A DNA stretch of 36,545 nt, taken from a virus. Position numbers and translations under genes: made by a program. The notes beneath the pieces are model-generated. The model was not told the origin of the DNA. It was given only the letters and a program-made list of their open reading frames with translations, and did not search any database. The stretch lies in the IMG/VR virus record IMGVR_UViG_3300029861_000010. One strand, written 5' to 3'. This document shows, piece after piece, positions 1-6,347 of this stretch (the stretch's first letter is position 1; each line of letters opens with the position of its first letter).

Positions 1-92
1 GATCCAAAATGAAAATTGAAAATCTGATTGCCGCACTGAGGCGGCTGAAGGTGCAGACCGGCTCTCTGGCCTGCCTGGGCTGCGGGCACGAG
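1..92. repeat. Terminal redundancy: identical to 36454-36545 (circular closure or contig-end overlap)
   Basis: Direct comparison of the first and last 92 bases shows no mismatch. The gene at 9..371 restarts at 36462. Confidence 0.9.
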
Positions 93-371
93 CACAACTG
101 TTCCACCAGTGGTTGCGCCATCATTCGGGCGGCGGTGGACGAGCTGTGCGGGATGGAATGGATTGACGCAGAGGTGGAGCTACCGCCGGAGGATGACGTG
201 ATTCTGTGCGTGGTCAGCGGCAAACCACGGACGAATCTCACACTGGATGAGGCGATTGAGATTGCCTCGTACAGCCGTACAGATGGGTGGATCGTGGATG
301 CGTATCCAGAGTGGGAAGGCCCGACTGTCACCTACTGGCGGCCAATTCCAGAACCACCGGAGGTAGGGTGA
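9..371 (+). CDS. Hypothetical phage protein: Cys-rich N-terminal module plus DUF551-like C-terminal domain
   Basis: 120-aa ORF. The N-terminus MKIENLIAALRRLKVQTGSLACLGCGHEHNC is shared with 1812..2132. The C-terminus WIDAEVELPPEDD...DGW...VTYWRPIPEPPE matches the DUF551 pattern. Confidence 0.7.
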   Translation: MKIENLIAALRRLKVQTGSLACLGCGHEHNCSTSGCAIIRAAVDELCGMEWIDAEVELPPEDDVILCVVSGKPRTNLTLDEAIEIASYSRTDGWIVDAYPEWEGPTVTYWRPIPEPPEVG

Positions 372-373
372 GC

Positions 374-601
374 ATGGACATGAAAAATTTTATACAGGAG
401 CGAGATGCAGCACTCATGTCCCTGGATGAGGAGAAGATAAAGGGATACTGCCGGAAGTATGGCGTGCCTATCCCGAGCAGTGATAAAGTATTCTGGCTGT
501 CGGTCCACAAGGCAATCTGTAATATCACCTCAGCATCCACAGAGCAGAGACGCAGGAGCGCACAGTGGCTGGTAGAGCACGGATCTACACCGGAGATATG
601 A
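374..601 (+). CDS. Hypothetical protein (75 aa)
   Basis: In-frame ATG at 374, just after the stop of the previous gene and downstream of GGAGG. The longer track ORF from 287 overlaps the previous gene. Confidence 0.55.
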   Translation: MDMKNFIQERDAALMSLDEEKIKGYCRKYGVPIPSSDKVFWLSVHKAICNITSASTEQRRRSAQWLVEHGSTPEI

Positions 602-610
602 GGGAGACGT

Positions 611-1048
611 ATGGAGAGATTAACATTTGATGGGGAATTTTGCGACATATCCATGTGCCGAGAGGAATTGGGTGGCCCATTTTGCGAGGAGGGCTACTGC
701 TCCCAGCGCAGGGTGTGGGAGCGGCTGAAATCCATTGAGGACATCCTGGGCGGCGACTACAATCTGGACCGCCTCCGGGAGCTGGTGCAGGCTGACCGAG
801 AGGGGCGGCTGGTGATGCTGGATGAACCTCGGAAGCCCCTTATATGGGGCGACGACAACCACGATTCTATCTTGTGCCCCAACTGTAAGCACGACCTCAT
901 GGGCGGATTCCAGGAAGCCGATTCCTGCGAAGTGCCTATGTATCAATGCCCTTACTGCGGACAGCCGATTGACGGAACACAGGCGCTAACCCATGAGGAG
1001 GCAGAGACGGCGCTGAAAGGAGAAAACCATGAAGCCAATCCTGTTTAA
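611..1048 (+). CDS. Hypothetical protein with C-terminal zinc-ribbon (CPNC...CPYC)
   Basis: 145-aa ORF with RBS GAGGGAG upstream and two CxxC pairs near the C-terminus. Confidence 0.7.
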   Translation: MERLTFDGEFCDISMCREELGGPFCEEGYCSQRRVWERLKSIEDILGGDYNLDRLRELVQADREGRLVMLDEPRKPLIWGDDNHDSILCPNCKHDLMGGFQEADSCEVPMYQCPYCGQPIDGTQALTHEEAETALKGENHEANPV

Positions 1049-1595
1049 TACCCAGATGGTTCGGGCCGTCTTGGATGGAAGGAAGACCGTCACCCGGCGG
1101 GTGGTAAAGCCGCAGCCATTGGACAAGCCTATGTGTTTCCACGACCCCGAAGAGGGCTTAAACATTGTGTGCCATGTTGCTGGGATGGATGTGCTGTACA
1201 ATTTCTTTCCACCCTACCAGCCCGGCGACATCCTGTGGGTGCGTGAGACGTGGAATGGCGACTGGTGCGACCATTATATCTACAAGGCGGACGGAGGCAG
1301 CGCAAAAGCTGCCGGATATGCAGCAGAGCCGAAATGGCGCCCATCCATCTATATGCCGAAGGAGGCCGCACGGCTATTCCTGAGGGTGAAGGAAGTGAGC
1401 GTGGAGAGGTTGCGAGAAATAAGCGCACTTTCTGCTATGGACGAAGGGGTTACAGACTGGAATGATTTCGTGAGGCTTTGGAATACAACCATCAAGTCGG
1501 CAGACCTGCCACTCTACGGATGGGAAGCAAACCCGTGGGTGTGGGTAATTAGTTTTGAAAAAATGGATGGAATTACAATTCGTAAGACTTTATAA
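1029..1595 (+). CDS. ASCH/PUA-like domain phage protein
   Basis: The N-terminus MKPILFNTQMVRAVLDGRKTVTRR and the later WRPSIYMPKEAARLFL...VERL match the pattern I associate with ASCH-domain phage proteins. RBS AAAGGAG. Confidence 0.6.
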   Translation: MKPILFNTQMVRAVLDGRKTVTRRVVKPQPLDKPMCFHDPEEGLNIVCHVAGMDVLYNFFPPYQPGDILWVRETWNGDWCDHYIYKADGGSAKAAGYAAEPKWRPSIYMPKEAARLFLRVKEVSVERLREISALSAMDEGVTDWNDFVRLWNTTIKSADLPLYGWEANPWVWVISFEKMDGITIRKTL

Positions 1596-1723
1596 ATTCT
1601 ACATTTTTGCAATCGAATTTCTTTCTTCTGTTTGAGTGCATAATACCACGCGAAATGTCGAAAGGAAAGTGAAATAATTGAATGTCACAAGAAAGAAATC
1701 CCACACGATTTGTCGCAGGCCCG

Positions 1724-1822
1724 AAAAAACAGGTGCGAGCCCACGGGATGACCTCCTACACGGTGATCCAGTGTCCGATGTACCTGGAGGATGAGGAGAG
1801 GGAGATCCAAAATGAAAATTGA
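1724..1822 (+). pseudogene. 3' relic of the Cys-rich gene found intact at 36254..36472
   Basis: Encodes ...KKQVRAHGMTSYTVIQCPMYLEDEEREIQNEN*, matching the last 33 codons of 36254..36472. It has no start codon or 5' part, and AT-rich non-coding DNA lies upstream. Confidence 0.75.
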
Positions 1823-1890
1823 AAATCTGATTGCCGCACTGAGGCGGCTGAAGGTGCAGACCGGCTCTCTGGCCTGCCTGGTCTGCGGGC
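1724..1890 (+). repeat. Direct repeat copy 2, near-identical to 36374-36545 plus 1-87 in circular coordinates
   Basis: Alignment at an offset of 1803 bp shows about 5 mismatches in the first 70 nt, then an 89-nt perfect stretch (1793-1881). Identity decays after 1890. Confidence 0.9.
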
Positions 1891-2132
1891 TGGAGCATGA
1901 CTGCGGGGTGCATGGCTGCCGGATCCTCCGGGAGGCGGCGGCAGAGCTGGAGGCGCTGAATACCCGAGTGCAGGAGCTAATGGAGTGCGAGGATTGTCTG
2001 CACTATGACGAGTTGGAGAAGTGCCCAGACTATGAGTACACACCATGCGAAGAATGTCTGGCGGATTGCTACTGTAAGGACTGCTATGGGGGGAGTAAGT
2101 GGGAATGGAAAGGGGCGGATCTGGATGCCTGA
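1812..2132 (+). CDS. Cys-rich hypothetical protein, N-terminal paralogue of 9..371
   Basis: ATG at 1812 corresponds to ATG at 9. The first ~27 aa are identical, then the sequences diverge. The C-terminal half has many Cys (CEDCLHYD...CPDYEYTPCEECLADCYCKDC). Confidence 0.7.
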   Translation: MKIENLIAALRRLKVQTGSLACLVCGLEHDCGVHGCRILREAAAELEALNTRVQELMECEDCLHYDELEKCPDYEYTPCEECLADCYCKDCYGGSKWEWKGADLDA

Positions 2133-2370
2133 GCTGATCCCATGGGAGCCGGGGAAGATCGGACCCCGGATCCGGTTGGTGCGGGAGGCTCGCGGGCTCC
2201 GGATGGCCGATCTGGAAGCCTGGGTGGGGCTGTCCGCCGGAAACCTGTACCAGATCGAGCGGGGGGTGCATGACCCCCGGGTGGACACCCTGTTCCTGAT
2301 CGCCCAGGCCCTGGAGGTGAGCGCGGATGAACTGCTAGGGCTCGGAGCCAGGATAGGAGGATTGACATGA
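2125..2370 (+). CDS. XRE-family helix-turn-helix transcriptional regulator (81 aa)
   Basis: The motif IRLVREARGLRMADLEAWVGLSAGNLYQIERGVHDPRVDTLFLIAQALEVSADELL is a classic HTH_3/XRE signature. The ATG at 2125 overlaps the previous stop. Confidence 0.75.
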   Translation: MPELIPWEPGKIGPRIRLVREARGLRMADLEAWVGLSAGNLYQIERGVHDPRVDTLFLIAQALEVSADELLGLGARIGGLT

Positions 2371-2600
2371 GCTGGAAATCATATACGCACGTCACCATGT
2401 TTGACCGGCCATATCCGCCCGAAAAGCAGGCCGAGGGGCTGGCGATCTCACAGGCCATCGTGGGCGGTCATTGTGAGACCTGCGGGTTTTTGCCGCAGTG
2501 CTCCACCCAAAAGGATTTTAAGTTCCCGGTGTTTGCCTGGTGTATGCGGCGGAAGGCGAAGATTATGACGAAAATGGAGGAGCAGGAAAATGGGACTTAA
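2367..2600 (+). CDS. Hypothetical protein (77 aa, CxxC...C)
   Basis: ATGA overlap with the previous gene and an AGGAGG RBS 6 nt upstream. Confidence 0.6.
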   Translation: MSWKSYTHVTMFDRPYPPEKQAEGLAISQAIVGGHCETCGFLPQCSTQKDFKFPVFAWCMRRKAKIMTKMEEQENGT

Positions 2601-2844
2601 TCTATGTGATAGTTGCCGAGCAGATTGCCGACACGAGCGGAATCCAAGAGAAATCGTCATAAAGTGTGGAGCATATAAGCCGCCAATGACCAACGCCGAC
2701 CGCATCCGGGCCATGAGCGACAAGGAGTTGGCTCGATTTCTCGCAGAAGTTGAGTACAGGAGAAGCGCTGCCGGTGGCGGTGCAATTTGGAAAGGAATGG
2801 CCCACGCTTTAGAATGGCTCCAGCAGCCACCGGAGGAGGGGTGA
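2590..2844 (+). CDS. Hypothetical protein (84 aa)
   Basis: ORF with a GGAGGAG RBS, in the same orientation and spacing as its neighbours. Confidence 0.6.
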   Translation: MGLNLCDSCRADCRHERNPREIVIKCGAYKPPMTNADRIRAMSDKELARFLAEVEYRRSAAGGGAIWKGMAHALEWLQQPPEEG

Positions 2845-2849
2845 CAGCA

Positions 2850-2981
2850 ATGGCTGATTATGTTTGTGAAGGCTGTATCCATGCCCCACCAGGCAGTGGT
2901 GACGGGAAACCATGCTGTATGTGTGACCATGATGATCCATTGATGAACTGTTATTGTGAAAGGGAGGAGCAGGATGGCTGA
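2850..2981 (+). CDS. Small Cys-rich protein (43 aa, 8 Cys)
   Basis: ATG at 2850 preceded by GGAGGAGGGG. Sequence MADYVCEGCIHAPPGSGDGKPCCMCDHDDPLMNCYCEREEQDG. Confidence 0.45.
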   Translation: MADYVCEGCIHAPPGSGDGKPCCMCDHDDPLMNCYCEREEQDG

Positions 2982-3327
2982 GTATATTGAGCGGCAGGCT
3001 GCCATTGACCTATTTTATCCGGTAGACCCGGAGAATGATGGATCAGACGGATGCACCGTGGTTTATAAGACAGAGAATTACACTTCCGATGAGATCGAGG
3101 CCGTGATTTCTGGCCTGCCTGCCGCCGATGTAGCCCCGGTACGGCACGGAAAGATTATAGAGACTATCAAAGATGGCAAAATGAATCGAGTGTTCTCATG
3201 CTGTGGACATGATTTTACGGAATTAACATGCTGGTATATGCCAAAATACTGCCCCAACTGCGGCGCTCCCATAGCGGACGAGGCCGTGGAGATGGTGCTA
3301 AAAAGAATGGAGGAAATTTACAAATGA
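2974..3327 (+). CDS. Hypothetical protein with C-terminal zinc-ribbon (CCGH...CPNCG)
   Basis: ATG at 2974 (MAEYIERQAAIDL) follows a GGGAGGAG RBS. Confidence 0.65.
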   Translation: MAEYIERQAAIDLFYPVDPENDGSDGCTVVYKTENYTSDEIEAVISGLPAADVAPVRHGKIIETIKDGKMNRVFSCCGHDFTELTCWYMPKYCPNCGAPIADEAVEMVLKRMEEIYK

Positions 3328-3596
3328 ACCTGAACGATACCGTAAAGATGATGAACAGCGCCAACTATAAGGAACGCTTTAAGGCGGAATACTGGCAGAC
3401 CAAAATCCGGTATGAAAAGCTCCACCGTATGACGGTGAAGTACGAAGCCGGAACTTTAGATTTTGAACCGGATTGTGAACTTAGTCTACTGCTGGAACAA
3501 AAAAAGTATATGGGCCTTTACCTGAACCGCCTGGAAGTTCGGGCAGAAGTCGAAAGGATTGATTTGGAGGCGCTGAAAGATGGCAAGGGCGATTGA
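3324..3596 (+). CDS. Hypothetical phage protein, resembles the crAss001_48-related family
   Basis: Recalled family pattern: ERFKAEYWQTKIRYEKLHRM...DFEPDCELSLLLEQKKYMGLYLNRLEVRAEVE. The ATG at 3324 overlaps the previous stop. Confidence 0.55.
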   Translation: MNLNDTVKMMNSANYKERFKAEYWQTKIRYEKLHRMTVKYEAGTLDFEPDCELSLLLEQKKYMGLYLNRLEVRAEVERIDLEALKDGKGD

Positions 3597-3629
3597 TGCC
3601 AGTGAACTAAGGAGAGAGGAGTTGAGGGC

Positions 3630-4007
3630 ATGGAACCCAGAATCCAGATAAGCTGGGGGATCGAGTCCTTTTTGGACTACCTCCGGGAGACGGAACAGCA
3701 GTTACATATAGCGGAGCAAGCCGAACAAGAGGCAAACGACGCCACGCAGGACATCCTCCACCGGCTGGAGCTGTGCGAGCTGGAGGACGAGAATGCGGGA
3801 CGGCTGGCCTATAAACTGCGGGAGGTGCGGCGGCAGCGCCGGGAGGCGAAGGACCGGATCGACCAGACTGCCCCGGTAGCAGCGTGGCTGGAGGAACGGC
3901 GCGCGGTGGTCAAGGAGTTGGAACGTCTGCTGGGCGAGGTGCGCAAGCAGGAGCGGCGGGCCAGCGACCGCATCTATACGCCAAAAACCAAGGTATTGGA
4001 GGAGTGA
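3630..4007 (+). CDS. Hypothetical coiled-coil protein (125 aa)
   Basis: ORF with a purine-rich RBS and a charged, heptad-like sequence. Confidence 0.65.
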   Translation: MEPRIQISWGIESFLDYLRETEQQLHIAEQAEQEANDATQDILHRLELCELEDENAGRLAYKLREVRRQRREAKDRIDQTAPVAAWLEERRAVVKELERLLGEVRKQERRASDRIYTPKTKVLEE

Positions 4008-4010
4008 CCC

Positions 4011-4229
4011 ATGGCACGATTGACTTATCAGGACGCTGACGGCAGCTGGGGGCTGCACGGCGTGAGCTGGGACCAGCTGGCGGCCCTGCCGCCCCGGGTG
4101 TATGGTGCGCTGGTCAAACTGCGGGACCTGGAGGCCCGCATGGAGACGGAGACCGGGGAGACCCAAGCAGAGAAGGAGGAAGGAGGCGGGATGTCATGGC
4201 TTCAGCAGAGATTTGTTCGTGTGAACTGA
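4011..4229 (+). CDS. Hypothetical protein (72 aa)
   Basis: ORF with a GGAGGAG RBS. Confidence 0.55.
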   Translation: MARLTYQDADGSWGLHGVSWDQLAALPPRVYGALVKLRDLEARMETETGETQAEKEEGGGMSWLQQRFVRVN

Positions 4230-4687
4230 TACATCAGGTACTGGTGATCCAGCTACCCCGGGGAGACAGGGGGGAGGCGGATCTGACAGCATACCGGGAC
4301 TATGTGGTGGCGTCGCTGGCCCAGGGGGTGCTGGTCCTGGGCTCCGGAACCACCTGGGCGGTGGAGACCGTCCCAAGCCTGGGCGGGGTTCAGATCCAGC
4401 GGGACGCTGGCATCCTCCGGGCCCACAGCGTCCAGGGGCCCAAGGCGGATCCAAAGCCGGACCGGCCAAACCCGTGGCGGGAGAAGAAGGAGACCCTGGA
4501 ACGGCTCCAGCAGTACCGTCAGGCGGGCGGCCTGGGCTGTCTGGAGGCGGTGTCCAGCCGGTGCGGCGGAGATCTCACGGCGGACAAGCTCCGGGGCGTC
4601 CTCACCGGAGCGGAAAAACTGCCCATTGAGCAGTGGCGGCTCATCCGCCGGGCCCTGGACCAGCTGGAGGAGGGCGGAGATGAGTAA
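4196..4687 (+). CDS. Hypothetical protein (163 aa); the C-terminal half may be helical and DNA-binding
   Basis: ORF with AGGAGG 9 nt upstream. Its stop overlaps the start of the next gene. No family recognised. Confidence 0.55.
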   Translation: MASAEICSCELIHQVLVIQLPRGDRGEADLTAYRDYVVASLAQGVLVLGSGTTWAVETVPSLGGVQIQRDAGILRAHSVQGPKADPKPDRPNPWREKKETLERLQQYRQAGGLGCLEAVSSRCGGDLTADKLRGVLTGAEKLPIEQWRLIRRALDQLEEGGDE

Positions 4688-5513
4688 GGCAATCAAGCAC
4701 ATCAAGGCCGGACTGCTCCACATTGAGGTTATTGGGACGATCCCGGACCGTCCACCCGGCAGGCAGGGGCGGGCGGCCCGGAGCCAGGCCACCTCTCCGG
4801 CCCAGCAGTTTTACAATGACAAGTGCTCCTGGCGGGAACTAGAGCTGGTGGTGGCGGCCAACTTCGGCCGCCGGGCTTTGGTCCTGACCCATACCTATGA
4901 TGATGACCACCTGCCGGAGAGCAAGGACGCGGCCAATCGGTACTTTGCACGGTTTATCCGCAGGTTCCGGGCGGCCCGGAAAAAACGGGGCGCGGAGCTG
5001 CAATATATCTACGTGACCGAGGGATACCACGAGAAGCGGGCGAACGACTGGCTGGTGGAGGACGGGACCCTGGAGGACCGGAGGATCCACCACCATGTGG
5101 TGATCAATGCCACGGATGTGGATGATCTGGAGGAGATCCGGAGTCTGTGGCAGGGCGGCGGATACATCCGGGCGGAGCCGCTGGACGTCCACTATTATCG
5201 GGAGCTTGCCAAGTATATGACCAAGGAGGCCCGGGAGTTTGGCCGGCCAAAGCCCGGTGAGCGGACCTGGCGGTGCTCGCGGAATCTCCGTCGGCCGGAG
5301 ATTGAGTACATCGAGATCCCAAGCGACAGCGTTACCCTGACGCCGCCATACGGAGCGGTGGACTACGAGCCCTTCTGCGAGCGCAATCCATACGGATACG
5401 GGGACTGCATCGGGGCGCGTTATCTTATGTTTCCTGTGAGGGAGCAACCCGAATATACCTATACACAGCCTAAGCAGCGGAAACAGCCGCCACCTAATAA
5501 TTTTTTCCCTTGA
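4680..5513 (+). CDS. HUH-superfamily rolling-circle replication initiator-like protein (Rep)
   Basis: Three ordered motifs are present: VLTHTYDD (motif 1), RIHHHVVIN (HUH) and YRELAKYMTKE (catalytic Tyr motif). The ATG at 4680 overlaps the previous stop. The upstream in-frame extension from 4302 overlaps another gene. Confidence 0.65.
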   Translation: MSKAIKHIKAGLLHIEVIGTIPDRPPGRQGRAARSQATSPAQQFYNDKCSWRELELVVAANFGRRALVLTHTYDDDHLPESKDAANRYFARFIRRFRAARKKRGAELQYIYVTEGYHEKRANDWLVEDGTLEDRRIHHHVVINATDVDDLEEIRSLWQGGGYIRAEPLDVHYYRELAKYMTKEAREFGRPKPGERTWRCSRNLRRPEIEYIEIPSDSVTLTPPYGAVDYEPFCERNPYGYGDCIGARYLMFPVREQPEYTYTQPKQRKQPPPNNFFP

Positions 5514-5561
5514 AACCAGTCTTAATAATTCGTCTATGATGGAGAAAAGGAGGAAAAGACC

Positions 5562-5771
5562 TTGAAGTTTGGACCGAAACCTGATAGAATATTCCCCGTG
5601 AAAGGCGGATATGTGCTGTGCCCGAAGTGTCTGGAGGCTGGTCTTCGAAATAAACTCCAGGAAGCACCGCCGGACATGAAAGCCATCCGGCTACGGCTGT
5701 ACTGCCGACAGTGCAAAAGCCGGTACATCGTGAATATCGCAGAGGGCCAGTGTCGAGAGGACCAGAGCTGA
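5562..5771 (+). CDS. Cysteine-rich KTR-type small zinc-ribbon protein
   Basis: TTG start 8 nt after AAAGGAGGAAAAG. The layout LCPKC...LRLYCRQCKSRYIVNI resembles the Cys-rich KTR domain family. Confidence 0.55.
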   Translation: MKFGPKPDRIFPVKGGYVLCPKCLEAGLRNKLQEAPPDMKAIRLRLYCRQCKSRYIVNIAEGQCREDQS

Positions 5772-5820
5772 TGATCTACCCAGTGGGTGGGATCGTTGGC
5801 TCTGGCCTTTTTTGTTTTCC
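5759..5820 (+). terminator. Putative intrinsic terminator at the early/late boundary
   Basis: GGaCCAGAGC (5759-5768) pairs with GCTCTGGCC (5799-5807) and is followed by TTTTTTGTTTT. The loop is long and partly self-paired. Confidence 0.4.
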
Positions 5821-5876
5821 TGGAGGTGATAGCCCAGGGACAGAGACCAGACGGCCAGCGGGAGGGAGGGATCAAA

Positions 5877-6347
5877 ATGGCCTGGGATGGCTACAAGAGC
5901 AAGCGGTGGGCCGCCAAGCGCAAAGAAATCCTGCGGCGTGATCGATACCAGTGCCAGCAGTGCCGGAGGTATGGTCTGGCGGTGGATGCCACGGTGGTAC
6001 ACCATGCGCATCCGGTGGAGGATTATCCCGAGCTCGCCTGGTGCGAGTGGAATCTGGTCAGCCTGTGCGCTGGCTGCCACAATGCCATGCACGACCGTGA
6101 GACTGGAGCTCTCACCGACCTGGGGATGTCCTGGCGGCGCAGGGTATCCCCCCCCTCTCTCGGCCCCCACCGGGAGCCCCCCGGAAGACCGGGGGGCAGG
6201 ACTCTTTCCGACGGCGAGAAAAACGGCGGAGGGGGTTCGGGCGTGCAGGAATTATCACGCGGGCAGGACGCGCCCGCAAACGACGCGGCCGCGCGGAGCG
6301 GCGGTGGATCACAGTACAGGAGGAAGCTATGGGCCGAGAGGCGATGA
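5877..6347 (+). CDS. HNH endonuclease (terminase-associated)
   Basis: Contains ILRRDRYQCQQC...VHHAHP...NLVSLCAGCHNAMH and lies directly upstream of the terminase. The 3' end is uncertain because all three frames are open across 6101-6347. Confidence 0.8.
   Translation: MAWDGYKSKRWAAKRKEILRRDRYQCQQCRRYGLAVDATVVHHAHPVEDYPELAWCEWNLVSLCAGCHNAMHDRETGALTDLGMSWRRRVSPPSLGPHREPPGRPGGRTLSDGEKNGGGGSGVQELSRGQDAPANDAAARSGGGSQYRRKLWAERR

Noticed and set aside
1607-1644. Promoter in the AT-rich spacer (TTGCAA ... CATAAT)
   Set aside because: The spacer between the two hexamers is 26 nt, and the TG is not correctly placed for an extended -10. I cannot support a specific promoter call, although the spacer probably is regulatory.
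4302-4679. 126-codon upstream extension of the Rep reading frame
   Set aside because: It overlaps the separately supported gene 4196..4687 in another frame. Its translation is Arg/Trp/Pro-rich nonsense-like sequence. The ATG at 4680 forms a typical ATGA-type junction.
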